Source: the human T2T-CHM13v2.0 reference genome, Homo sapiens. From it: 64,000 bases of DNA. The stretch lies in assembly GCF_009914755.1 (NCBI RefSeq), contig NC_060932.1; one strand, given 5' to 3'. Below are positions 28,498 to 42,540 of the stretch, piece after piece. The position numbers and the translations under genes were made by a program. Position 1 is the first letter of the stretch, and each line of letters opens with the position of its first letter. Below the pieces are notes generated by a model that saw nothing but the letters and a program-made list of their open reading frames with translations, was not told where the DNA came from and did no database searches.

Positions 28498-29079
28498 TTA
28501 CGTAGGAATGGTACCAAAGAAAGATACTTTTGCTGTTGATGGAGAAAGATGGTATAATATATGAGGCCAGCTGAGGAAATGTAGATCTGAGTGCTAAGGT
28601 TCCATGAAAGGTTTTGATTACTCACATGGGCAGGCATAAAAAGAAACTGATCTATAAAAGCACTAAGAGGGAAAGAAAAGGAGGTAAAATAATGCTTACA
28701 TCACATTTTGCCTGTTTCTCAGGGTTTCCATATCACACGATATCAAGACCCTTGTTCTAGTTAAATATCTTAGAAGATATATAGCTGACCTCAGCTTCCT
28801 GTATTTATTCTCATAAAATAATCACTTCTTAAAAGATAAGTGTGATCTCAAGGGAGAGATTATAGCTAAAAAGATATTGTCCAAGATATTCAGGAAGAAT
28901 TACTGTATATAAGGTTAGAAGTTAATCTCTGCTACATACCAACTCTCAAGGGTGGGACAATTCTGAGGCTGTAAGCATTCTCAATCACTTTGATTTATCT
29001 CTATGCCTTATAAGTTATAAGAAATTGTTCTGCTAGAGACCATCTCAGATTTGTTATTGCAGATGAGATCACATTTTCC

Positions 29080-31225
29080 AGTTGACCTGAATTAATCTAT
29101 AGTTGAGATATGAAAAGAATAGATAAGTATTGTTGGGAGAAGAATATACATATTTGTAGTGGGATTTATGTTCCCCATCCTTAAGGGTAAGGTATCTACA
29201 TAAAAAAAATTACTTAAATTATTTGAGAGATTTGTTCATTCTCCTACTATTTATATATTAAATCATTTAGTTATATTAGTATGGACTTATGTATATTTAT
29301 CTTATATTTTGGGTTATATTCCAACATAATTTTATTTTCTTGCTCAATTTTATTTCACCTTTAGCCATTGGGAGCCTTTCAATTGACTTTTGTGTCACAT
29401 TGACTTGATCTCTTCAATGCTGTGTGTGTGTGTCTGTGTGTGTGTGTGTGAGTGATTAGGAAGGAAGATTATTTCTACCATTCAAGTCAACTGCAGCTAC
29501 ATTAATGTAGTTACATAATCATTCTTATTAATTACCATCAAAGCATGCCAATGTTGGGTTTATAGTATTACATTTTTATAATCTCTCTGTCTTCAGAGCT
29601 TCCTAGAAATCCTGATACAATTTATGTGGAGTTAGAAACTACCTGGTCTAACTGGGCCAGCAGTTAATCTAAATGAAAACCAAGGGAGGGACTCTACTAG
29701 TTCTCAAACTTGGTTGCACATGGAAATCTACTGGTGAACTATAAAAAGTACTAATGCCTCAACTCCAATCTGCAGATCACATTCAAATTCTAATTGTCCC
29801 AATAATACCTTTTATAGATCAATTTATTCTGGTTCAAAATCTAGTCCAGTATCACATACTTTATTTAGTTATCATATCTTCTCTTTAGTCTTAAACAGTT
29901 CCAGATTTGTCTTTGCTCTCAGGATCTTGACTGTATTGAGGAGTATAATCCAATTATTTTCTAGAATGTCCTTCAATTTTATTTTTTTTCCTGATGTTAT
30001 CTCATGCTTGAATTTATATTACATATTTTGGCCATGAATAGAAGTGATGTTGTGTCCTTCTCAGTATATCAAAAAGCATAGACAAATTTAAGGCACAGAA
30101 AAATGTATTTGTCCTATTTTTGGTGATGTTAACTTTGATCACTTGCTTAAGGTGGTGACTGCCAGGTTTTACCATTTTAAAGATACTTTTATTCCCCCTT
30201 GCCGTACCCTGCTCTTTGGAAGTAATCGTTAAGCATTGTCACAATCTCTATTTTACTCCCTGTATCCTTGACTTCCTGGTTGATTTTTATGAAATTTTCA
30301 TATATAAAGTTTTACTGTTTGTGCTGTAGGTTCTGTGGGTTTTGATAAATGCAGAGTCATATATTCATGACTCCACTACCATATGGGTTAGTTCCATCAC
30401 TGTAAAGAATATCCTATGTTTTCCCTAGGAAATCTTCCTTTCTTAATTCCTAAAAACCACTGATCTGATTTTTCATCCCTCTATTTTTGCTTTCTCCAGA
30501 ATGTCTTATGAGTGCTATATATTCAATATATAGCATTTCTACTCTCTGTTTTTCTCACTTAGCAAGATGTATTTTAGATTAATCCATGTTATTGTGTGGA
30601 TGAATAGTGTTTTCCATTTCTCTGGCTGAAGACTTCTCCCATGATATATAACACGGTGTGTTTATCCATTCACTTATTGAAGGACATCTTGGTTTCTTCC
30701 AATTTTTAGTAATTATGAATAAAGCTGCCATAAACCTTCACATACAGGTTTTTGGGTTAACATAAGTTTTCATATAAGTTGAGTTAATATCTAGGAGCTA
30801 GTCTATGATTAATATTATTAAAAACTAGGAAACTGTCTTCCTAAGGAGCTGTATCATTTTTGCATTCCTATCAGCAGTAGAGGACAGTACCCTTGTTCCA
30901 AATCCTTAACAGAATTTTGTATTATCAGTTTGCTTTTTTCTTTTAAATATTCTAATATTTATGTAGTGGCACCTCATCGTTTTGTCCTTTGCCTTTTCCT
31001 TAATGACCAATGATGTTGAACATATTTTCATGCATACTTGCCATTTTTTATATTCCTTGGTGAAGTATTCTATATTTATTTTCCCTGTTTTTAAAATTGA
31101 GCTGTTTGTTTTCTTATTGTTGAGTTTTAAGACTTCTTCATATATTCCAGATATAAATCCTTCATCACACATGTGATTTGCAAATATTTTCTCCCAGTCT
31201 GTGACTTGTCATTTATTTTTGCTTT
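29080..31225 (-). mobile_element. Old L1MC/MD-like antisense segments with a small MER5-like insert (~29700-29765)
   Basis: tttatccattcacttattgaaggacatcttgg; aatgatgttgaacatattttcatgcatacttgcc; gttctcaaacttggttgcacatggaa (MER5-like). Confidence 0.7.
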
Positions 31226-31536
31226 TATTATTATTTTTAGTTGACATATAATAATTGTACATATTTATGAGGTGAGTGTGATATTTTGATACATGTATAC
31301 AATGTGTAAAGATCAAATCAGGGTGATTAGCATATCCATCACCTCACCTCAAATATTGATCATTTCTTTGTGTTGGAAACATTCAAAATCTCCTTTTCCA
31401 GCTATTTGAAAACATAACACTAAAACTTATTTCTCCTACCTAGCTGTACCGTCCCATCCATTAACCAATCTTTGGCTATTCCCCCTTTTCCCCTATCCTT
31501 CCCTGCCTCACTAACCACTGTTCTAATCTCTACTTC
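31225..31536 (-). mobile_element. L1MA 3'-terminal fragment with a ~40-nt internal gap at 31415/31416
   Basis: ataattgtacatatttatgagg...gatcaaatcagggtgattagcatatccatcacctc...aacattcaaaatc. Confidence 0.8.
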
Positions 31537-32384
31537 ACCTTAACATAAGGGGCACATGACCCATTGTGTGAGCTGTTGGAAAGCGGGTAGAGATAGGACA
31601 AAAATTTGTCTCAGAGGTCTCACCATCTTAATTTGCTCACTTCTAATGAAGAAAGTAAAAAAATATAAATAAAGTTACCCAAAGACACCTTAAAGCTGAA
31701 AACCTGGTCCATCATTCTGATTGGCTCATCCACCTTTAGGCAACAGGACTCATAATTATTGAAGGAGACTTGGAATCCACAGAGAAAGGAGCTGAGCTGG
31801 CAGAGTCCTGTTGCCTAAAGGTGGATGAGCCAATCAGAATGATGGACCAGAACCTGAAATGTCTGTGTGTTGCCGAAGAAAAGCACTCTCAAAAAGAAGC
31901 CAAATAAGAGGAAGAGATCAAGATTCTTACTGATAAACTCAAGGAGCCAGCATTTCATGCAGGTTTTGCTGAGAAATGAGCAGCCAAGCTGGAAAAGACA
32001 ATTGATGATTTGGAAGATAAACTGAAATGCACCAAAGAGAAGCACCTCTGTATACAAAGGATGCTGGACTAGACTCTGCTTGAAGGAAATGTGGAGCACC
32101 CTGGTCCAGCCCTGCCGCTGCTCTTCCCTCTGCCGCTGACTCCTTTGGAGGCCAGGCTTTCCCAAGCTGATATTGAAACTGAGGGCTGATCTTTAACTGG
32201 AAGGCTGCTTTCTCCTTTCACCACCCCTCCACCCATCTGTGTCTTTTTCACCAAACTGTCTCTGCCTCGTTCCAGAGATTCCAGCGGCATTAGAAGCTAA
32301 GCACCTATAGGAACAACATTGAACGGAATGCAAGAACAATGCAAGATGTCTTTAATAGCATGTTGTGATGTAAACACTTTGGTT

Positions 32385-32738
32385 TTTCTTTTTTTGTTGT
32401 TGTTTTTTGTTGTTGGTGGTGGTTTTGTGTGTTTGTTTGTTTGTTTGTTTGTTTTTTGAGACAGGGTCTCACTGAAATGCCTAGACTGCAGTGCAGGGTT
32501 GCAATCGCTGCTCACTGCAGCCTAAACTTCCCATGGTCAGGTGATCCTCCCACCTCAGCCTTCCAAGTAGCTGAGACTACAGGCGTGCTCCACCATACCT
32601 GGCTAATTTTTGTATTTTTTGTTGAGACAGAGTCTCGCCATGTTGCCCAGGCTGATCTCAAACTCCTGAGCTCAAGCCATCTGCCCCCCTTGCCTCTCAA
32701 ACTGCCGTGATTACAAGTGTGAGCCATGTCACCCTGCC
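32385..32738 (-). mobile_element. AluJ inside the TPM3 pseudogene 3'UTR
   Basis: gagacagggtctcac...aactcctgagctcaagccatc; tail degenerated to (TTTG/TTG)n. Confidence 0.85.
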
Positions 32739-33234
32739 CTACACTTCGTAATTACTTTTTTTTTTTGTTTTGCAGCAACTGTTTGTAAACTATTCCAGAT
32801 AATTCTACAGCTTTGAAACAGCAATGTAATTCTTTCCTCACTTTTGGAAGGTGGCTTTTCAGCTTAATGCATATTACCCTCACCATAAAGGAGGGAAGAC
32901 TATATGGGCCTACCTTACTGAGAACCAGAGCTCCGGGAAAGACTCCACCACAGGAAACCTCATTGTTCTGCACAAAGTACCAGACAAACCAGAAAGGTGA
33001 TTCCAGGAGAAGTTACCCAAACAACAACATATAATAACTTGTTGTTATAGTCACCGTATAGTACTCTAAAACAACAGGATTCTGCCAGCTCAGCTCCTTT
33101 CTCTGTGGATTCCAAGTCTCCTTCAATAATTACCAATATATAAACCACTTCTTCACACTTCCTATCTGCCTTTTCTTCAATATGCTTAGCTTCTTTGAGT
33201 TGGATTTCCCGGAGTTCCATCTTTCCTTCGTCTT

Positions 33235-33596
33235 CTTTTCTTCCTCTTTCTGTTTTTCTTTCTTCCCTCTCTCTCTCTCTTTTTTTTTTTTTTTTTTTTT
33301 TTTGAGATAGGGTCTCATTCCAATGCCTAGGTTGGAGAGCAGTGGCATGATCTCAGCCTACTGCAGCCTCGACTTCCTCTGCTGAGGTGACCCACTGACC
33401 TCAGCCTCCCAAGTAGCTTGGACTACAAGCATGTGCCACAAGGACAACTATTTTTTTTTTTTTTTTGGTATTTTTTAATAGAGATGGGGGTTTCCCATGT
33501 TGCCTGGGCTGGCCTCGAACTCCTGGGCTCAAGTGATCTGCTGGCCTTGGCCTTCCAAAGTGCTGTGATTACAGGTGTGAGCCACCATGCCTTGCC
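33235..33596 (-). mobile_element. AluJ inside the TPM3 pseudogene CDS
   Basis: aactcctgggctcaagtgatc; TSD ctttccttc(g/a)tctt. Confidence 0.85.
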
Positions 33597-33644
33597 TTTC
33601 CTTCATCTTTTAATGCCCAGTTTTCAATAACCTTTATACCTTTC

Positions 33645-33961
<317 letters not shown>

Positions 33962-34534
33962 TATACCTTTCTTACTCTTATCAGAAGCTTTTCCCACTTC
34001 TTCCAGCTTTTGCAGGGCAGTGGCCACACACTCCTGAGTGTGATCCTGCTCATCTTCAACCAGTTGGACCCTAAGGTTCAAGGAGGCTTCTCAGCCTCAG
34101 CCTATTCCTGGGACTGCCTTTCTCCCTACACTTCTCACTGAAAGCACTTGGCTCTCTCCTCAGCATCATCAGCCTGTTGCTGCAGAGCTGGGGTCTCCAG
34201 CTTTATCGCTTTGATGGTGGTGGTCCAGCCATGGTGACCATTCAGCTGCTGCTCACACTTCCATTCCTGCCTCTTCCTTATCAGTGGTGTTGTGCATTTA
34301 TCTATTCTTTTGAGAGATGTTTATTAAGCTCATTTTCCCATTTTTAAATCAGACTATTTGTTTTTCTGTTTGTTTTTGTTTTTTTTTTTGAGCAGTGTCT
34401 TATTTTCAGGCACTACAAGGTGCTCCAGGATCATCTTGTGTATTTCCTGACCCAGATTTCTACAATGATCTCTGGTTCCTTTTATTAAAGAATAGTGTTA
34501 GAAATCAAGATCTGGGTGCTGTGTAGTTGACTCA

Positions 34535-34672
34535 CTTTTTTTTTTTTCTTAAGAGTTGGAGGTCTTGCTATGTTGCCTGGAATGGTATCAAAATCCTGGG
34601 CTCAAGCAATCCTCCTGCTTCAGCCTCCCAAGTCTCCCAAGTGGCTGGGACGCAAGTGCCACCATGGTCAGC
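34535..34672 (-). mobile_element. Alu monomer (FLAM/AluJ-like)
   Basis: ggtcttgctatgttgcc...tcctgggctcaagcaatcctcctgc. Confidence 0.7.
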
Positions 34673-34869
34673 TTAACTACTCCCCTTGTGAAAATCTTAG
34701 CTCTATTCATTTCTCAAGCACTGAGAATTTCTGATCGTATGTATTGTTTCAGGTTATGCTGTGCCCACCCCTCAAATGTTGATTTTCTAAAAATCCACAA
34801 TCCCTGTGCTGTTCATTCTACATGCTATTTGAAGGAGTTTATCTATTTTCTTGTCTTACATTACTGCCT

Positions 34870-35480
34870 GAAGCTGCTGGCTCCCAAATCTGTTCCTTGA
34901 TCCTGACTCTTACCCTGAAGTAAAGACTCCAACTGCCTGATGAGCATAAATAATTGAATTCCACAGGTGCCTTAACCCAGACATTCCAAAATTGAATCCA
35001 CCATCTTTCCCTTACTAAATCAGCTACTCCTGTTTTCCTAATCTCCATTAATACCACTACTGTCTACCCAGCCAACTCATCAGTCATCAAAGTCATTCTA
35101 GTCTCTTCTACATCTCTCATTCTCCCTCCTACACAATAATTAAGTCCTGTTCATTCTACTTCCTGAGATGTTCAAAGGAACTTCTTCCTATTATTTCTAC
35201 AAATTTTTAACTCCAGTCTAGTTTCACTCTTTATCAGCTGTCACTTGAGCTATTCGAATTTTCACTGTCTACAACTTTGCCTCCTCAAAACTGTCCTCTA
35301 ACCTGAGGTCGTAATGATTTGTTGTAAGTACTCTTCAGACTCTATCATTCCTCTACATAGTACATATAATCTATATCATCAGACAGTTTTTTTAAAAAAG
35401 TAAAAGCCAAATAGTCAGTGTTCTTTTCATTATTGTTGTTCAAGTGCTTGGCAAAAGCCTGACACACAATAGAAGTGCAT
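34870..35480 (+). mobile_element. L2 fragment
   Basis: actccaactgcctgatgagcat...ctaatctccattaataccactac...cctgacacacaatag. Confidence 0.6.
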
Positions 35481-36746
35481 ATAAATAAAACATCTTGAAC
35501 ACACCAATATTCTCAATTTTTATTAGCACTCTGGCACATTCTGGAGCAACAAAAGGCTTCAGAAGAGATCTCTCAAGGCCTGTCAACACTACCAAAAAAT
35601 GAATTTTAAAGGAATCATTAATGTGGAAAGCATCATGGTTACCATGAGAGAAGAGTGATTATAGAATCAATATAATAGCACTTTAAGGAAAACCTAATGA
35701 TCAAAATGCAATATTGTTTATTTATGCAGCTGTTCTTAATTGCTGTGTAGTCAGGCTTTGATATAATACACTTTTCGAGGTTACAGACAATTTGTTACTA
35801 CTTACAAAGACTTGAAATATATATGTGATTTACAAGTTTAATAAATTATTTTCTAACATATCCATAAAACAGTGTCTGTTTGACTCATTTGTGTGGCAAT
35901 ATGGTTTCTTGATAGGAAGAATAAAGCTGCACTTACAACTAGCAACATGGTAACCCTGGGGAGAGCTGCATGCATTTGAACAGCCCTCTCCAATGGAAAA
36001 TAAAAATAATGAGGATTGCTACTCTATGTACCAACAAAATAGAGCTGCCACTGATGTCTTTATGACTCTGAATTGTTTTCACCAACATCAGGCCAACTCA
36101 ACATGATGGATCCCATACATCTTTTTCTGAAGCATCATTTGCTTATGCCAACTATTTGTTCAACAAGCATTTGTTGCTCAATTAAGGAACTGAGCAGAAA
36201 TCCAGTGCTGGTGGCCATCCTGTCTAGAAATGGACATTTATGTGTGTAATCCAAGTTTTTTTATTAATAAGTATGAATTATGCCTTACATAACTAAATGT
36301 AACTAAAATCTGCATGTGTGTATGTGCCAGAAGTTTAAAGAATACAGAAATAATAATGCCATGGATTAACTCCAGTATCCCATATTTGATTCCAGATCCC
36401 ACTACTCAGCTTATTGTTGAGCAATATACTGTGTTTATTTTTTTACTCTATCAACTGTTATTATTGTGTAGGGTGCAAGTTATACAGTGCTCATCTGCTC
36501 TCAGTGACTAGAATCTAGTTAGAAAGATGAGTCTCTCTCTCTCTTTCTCTCTCTGTCCCTCTCTCACACACACATACACAGCAAGAAAGAGATAAACACA
36601 AACACAGATGAATATTTTCAAATATTCTTAAATAAATGTGTTACATTATCACAAATCAAGCATAATAATACAGTAGATAACCCAAATGTGTGGTACACTA
36701 AAAGTCTGTGATTTCCTCTTTTGGCATCATATGAATAATATGAATT

Positions 36747-37107
<361 letters not shown>

Positions 37108-38196
37108 TCAGGGAATTCACTTTCCATGCCCACGTTACAACTTTAGGCGATCAAAATAATGCCAAGAGTAACTGAAACCTTGATACCAGAGGCCTATGTG
37201 GATACTAACTGTAACAGACAACAGACTCGCCATAATGTGTAGACAACATGAACAGAGATAATGCTGTTTTCAAACATGAGGTTCAAATAAAAAGTCATGA
37301 GGCCAGGGACTTGAGTTTATAAGAATCGATTTATAATTAAGCTGCATCTTCCATAGGGAACTCCATGAGATATGCTTCAAAGTAAAGAGCAATAGGGATT
37401 TATTCATATAACTATGGTTTATGAATTTCCAAAGCAATATTGTGAAAATAAGCTAATTGTAAGTGTAATAGATTCAGTGTAAGAAGAAATTGTTTCCTAA
37501 TGGTCACAGGAAAGTTTTATAATGTGATTTTAATTGAATTTGGCTCTTTAAAAAATGACTACATTTTGGGTTATAAACAATAAATAAAGCTTCTTAAGAC
37601 AATGAAAGAGAAAAAGGAAAATAACCTGTGTTGAGTGCAGACTCCCAAGCCAGACCATTTTGTTAAAATACTACACTGCTGCGTTTGTGATGTCTTAGCC
37701 CAGGCTTCAGTTAATTTCACCTCCCATATTGCCAAATGTCCATCAGGCAGTTCCTTAGAGTTCCCTTCTCTAAGAATTCTGCCACTTAAAAAGCAGATAC
37801 ATTCCCCTACGCAATAAAACTTCTAAATATAAAATTCACTAAACTACATCACTGAAAGATCATGTCAACCAATCCTTTTTCAAAACCACAATGGATCCAT
37901 TCCTACAACACTTACTTTTTTTTTAATGAAACAAGAAAAAAATTTTTTAAAAAATTAATCTTCTTTCAGTAACTTTTCTTCCCCTCCTGCAGGGATTTTC
38001 TTTCTGTACTTTAAACTCCCTTGTAACCCCACAGAAAAGAACTCCTTCCTGCTACACTCACTTTCTGGGAAACTACTTGATTCGTTGTATTTTTCAGTTC
38101 ATGTCAGTTAGAGGATTATCCTTTACACGTAAGGAGAGCAATTTACATTCTTGTGCCAAGGTGTTCTTCCTTATATGTGTATAGGATTTCTTCACC

Positions 38197-38202
<6 letters not shown>

Positions 38203-38240
<38 letters not shown>
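38203..38240. repeat. (TG)n microsatellite
   Basis: About 19 uninterrupted units. Confidence 0.95.
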
Positions 38241-38243
<3 letters not shown>

Positions 38244-38468
38244 AAATTAGTTTCAGCTGCTGTGTATTATAAATTTCCAAAGGCCAAAATATAGTTATTA
38301 CTTTACAATAACTCTCATTTACAGGAACGTAAAAATGTTTCTTTGTAATTATTTGTTTTGTAATTTTTCATTTTGTGATGTCCCTAAGGGGTCCAATGGT
38401 CCAATGTGAGTATAAGATATTTTAAAAAATTGTGTTCATATAATGATACCCTAGGTTTTACCAACATT

Positions 38469-40369
38469 TTTATTTTATTTTAATTTATTTTATTTTCAGA
38501 GGTACACGTGTAGGTTTGTTACGTGGATATATTATGTGATACTGGGGTTTGGGGCTTCTGATGATCTCGTCACCCAAACAGTAAACATAGTACCCAATAG
38601 TTAGTTTTTCAACCCTTTTTTCCTACCTCCTTTTAGAATACCCAGTGTTAATTATCCCCATTTTTGTGTCTCTATGTACCCATTGTTTAGCTCCCACTTA
38701 TAAGTGAAAAAAAGCAGTATTTGTTTTTCTGTTTCTGCATTAATTCACTTAGGCCAATGGCCTCCAGCTGCATCCATGTTGTTGCAAAGGACATGATTTC
38801 ACTGTTTTTTATGGCTGTGTGGTATTCCATGGTATGTATGTACCACATTTTCTTTATCCAATCCACCACTAATGGGCACCTGGGTTGATTTGTTGTCTTT
38901 GCTATTGTGAATAGTGCTGCAATAAGCATATGAATGCAATGTCTTTTTGGTAGAATAATTTATTTTCCTTTGGGTATATTCCCGGTAGTAATTCAATTAC
39001 TGGGTGGAATGGTAATTCTATTTTTAGTTCATTGAGAAATCTCCAAACTGATTTCCACAGGGGCTGAACTAATTTGCATTCCCGCCAGTAGTGAATGTGT
39101 CATTTCCCTTGCCAACATCTGTTATTTTTTGGCTTTTTACTTATAGCCATCCTGACTGGTGTGAGATGGTATCTCATTGTGGTTTTTCCAAGGCTCTTGT
39201 ATTGGTTCGAACCCCAAGAGCATGCCAATGGACAACATGAGGTGGTGTGGAGCAACATGCTATTTTAATGAGTGCCTGGGCTGAGGCCTAAAATGGTGTC
39301 AGCCCCAAGTGAGGACAGGCAGGGGTTTCATAGTCCTCTGTAAACAGGAAGTGTCCCAGTCCGACGTAACTGCTACATAGTACCCGGATGGCCTCCCTCT
39401 AGATCTTCAGGGGGTATGTGTCTTCTGGCCAGCTCTCTTCCTGCTTCTGCTATCTTGCCTGACGCACGCTGCTGGAGCAAGTGGCCTTGCACCTTGGGAC
39501 TGGGCCTGAGGAGGGAGGAGTTATTCATCCCCTTAAGCTTTCAGGCCCCGGGGAGAATCTTTCAGTTTTGATTTGCATCTCTCTGATAATTAGTGATGAT
39601 GAGCACTTTTTCATATGTTTGTTGGCCACTTGTATGTCTTCTTTTGAGAAATGTCTGTACATGTCTTTTATGGGGTTGTTTTTTTCTTGTTGATTTGTTT
39701 AAGTTCCTGATAGATTCTGGATATTAACCCTTTGCCAGACGCGTAGTTTCCAAGTATTTTCTCCCATTCTATGGGTTGTCTGTTTATTCTGTTGATACTT
39801 TCTTTTGCTGTGCAGAAGCTCTTTCATTTAGTTCGCACCCGTTCTTTTTTTTTTTTTTTGCATTTGTTTTCGAGGACTTAGTCATAAATTCTTTGCCTAC
39901 ACCAATGTCCAGAAGAGTATTTCCTAGGTTTTGTTCTAGGATTTTAATAGTTTGAGATCTATTGAGATTTAAGCGTTTAATTTATCTTGAGTTAATTTTT
40001 GTATATGGTGAAAGTAAAGGGTTCAGTTTCATTCTCCTGCGTATGGTTAGCCATTTTTCTAAGCACCATTAATTGAATAGGAAATCCTTTCCTCATTGTT
40101 TATTTTTGCTGACTTGTCAAAAATCAGTTGATTTTAAGTGTACAACTTTATTACAGAGTTCTCTATTCTGTTTCATTGATCTGTGAGTCTATTTTTGTAC
40201 TAGTACCGTGCTGTTTTGGTTACTGTAGCCTTGTAGTATAGTGGCAAGTTGGGTAATGTGATGCCTCTGGCTTAATTCTTTTCTGCTTAGTATTGCCTTG
40301 GCTAGTCAGACCCTTTCTTAGTTCCATATGAATTTTAGAGTAGTTTTTTTCTAATTTTGTGAAAAATGG
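38469..40369 (-). mobile_element. 5'-truncated L1PA/L1PB element interrupted by an LTR
   Basis: Antisense L1 3'UTR and ORF2 end; TSD ttaccaacatt at 38458-38468 and 40370-40380. Confidence 0.9.
39187..39564 (-). mobile_element. Solo LTR, LTR18-like (ERVL)
   Basis: Minus strand starts tgaaagattctccccggggcctgaaagctt; 5-nt TSD gtttt; splits the L1 motif cattgtggtttt|gatttgcat. Confidence 0.75.
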
Positions 40370-41159
40370 TTACCAACATTGTAATATTACTAATATGCAG
40401 CATCACAATGCAAAGACTATAACAAACATTCTAAATAATAAATATTAGCCTATTAAAATAAATATAGACATTTTCTTTGAATATACTACATGGACATTAT
40501 AATGTATAACAGTTGAGTGACAAAACATGTTTTTTTGATGATTGGCTTGAAATTTTGATTTTAATAAAAAATTGGTGTTTGAGAAGCCAGTTTTATTATT
40601 TTTTCATAATGCAGAAAAGTTTGTAATTGTGCTTTTGGATCCATGTGTTTTACCTTAAATATGCCAACAATTAGTTTCTGCTGACAAGAGTTGAAAATAT
40701 TTTTCTCTTTTGATAAGTGAGCATCACATTTAAGAACAGATATACCTGTTTCAAAAAATTATGTGATCAGTTTTATTCTAATTATGTTAGCATCCATAGT
40801 TTTATACTCTACTACACCTTCTTACTATGTCAATATAATTACTATTTGCAAATATTCTAAGTTCATTCTTTCCATACATGTACATTCTTTTAAAAATCTC
40901 CATTTTAAGAAATGATTCCTAAAACCTACTGATTTTAAATTGATTTTATATTGCTTCCTGACGGTTGCACTTAAACTGGCTATCAATATCATTATAAACT
41001 CAAAAAAAATGCTGCCTTTCTGAAGAGATGAGGAGACAGTAGAAAGGAAAGGATCACATGAATAGCAATGCAGTTTATCATAACTTACATCCATCTTTAG
41101 GATTCAATGAGAACAAAGAAATGAGCATTTTAAAAAGGTTAAAAAAAAAGAAAAGGGAC

Positions 41160-41345
41160 TGGTCATGGTGGCTTATGGCTGTAATCTTAGCATTTTGGGA
41201 GGCTGAAGCAGGAGGATCACTTGAGTTGAGTTCAGGTCCATCACTTGAGGCAAGAAGTTTGAGACCGCAGTGAGTGAGCCATGATGACACCACTGCAGTT
41301 AAAAACAAACCAAAACAAAAAGATTAAAAAAAAAAAAAAAAAAGA
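41160..41345 (+). mobile_element. Rearranged Alu monomer (FRAM/AluJ-like)
   Basis: Alu 5' motif, duplicated atcacttgag, A-rich tail. Confidence 0.7.
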
Positions 41346-41495
41346 AATGCTCCTATCTCATCATTATTTAAAATTTACAGTAAAAAAACCTCAAAACATA
41401 TGTTTTTAACAATCATAACAGAAATTTTCAGTCATCTTTCATTTTTATAAACAATATAGCATACCGCATTGCTTCCATTTACAATTAACTTCTGA

Positions 41496-41819
<324 letters not shown>

Positions 41820-42206
41820 TAGAATGGGAAATATAACGCAGAGAAAATAAATTGATAAAAGTTCAAATATCCTCTTTTATTGACCATTTATTCAACTTTT
41901 AAATTTCATCTTAAAAAAAAAGTTAGTAGTTTTGCTGAATGTTTTGTATTCTTTTCCCTAAATTTTCTGCAACATTCAGATGATTTCTTTATTGAGTAAA
42001 TAAATATTAAGGGCTACTCTTGGAGTCCCTGTGCTGTACATCATGGATCTAATTAAATATTCTAAAAGACATGGAATCCCTGCTCTATTACTTCTCTGAG
42101 TATCAGATAAGTAATTTATCTGATAAAAGTAATATATCTGGCAAACACTGCTAGTTGCATTAATAATACCTATTCTCCCCTTCTTTGCTAACAAAATCCT
42201 TATTTT

Positions 42207-42540
42207 ACCAGGGGCTGGGAAGAGTAGTGGCGTGTTGGGAGGAGGTGAGGATGGTTAATGGGTACAAAAAATAATTACAAAGAATGAATAAGACCTACTA
42301 TTTGATAGCACAATAGGGTGATTAGAGTCAGTAATAATTTAATGGTACATTTTAAAATAACTAAAAGTGTATAATTAGGCTGTTGGTAACATAAAGGATA
42401 AATGCTTAAGGGGATGAATACACCTTTCTCTATGACATGATTATTATGCAATGCATGCCTGTATCAAAACATCTCATGCACCCCATAAATATATTCACCT
42501 ACAATGTACCCACTAAAATTAAAAATTAAACATTTTTTTA
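42207..42540 (+). mobile_element. L1MA 3' fragment nested in a probable MLT1 LTR (~42140-42790)
   Basis: ggatggttaatgggtacaaaaa...gtatcaaaacatctcatgcaccccataaatata. Confidence 0.8.

Noticed and set aside
32960-33220. Tropomyosin-like ORF as a functional CDS
   Set aside because: Fragment of an intronless, frameshifted, Alu-interrupted retrocopy that runs into junction filler
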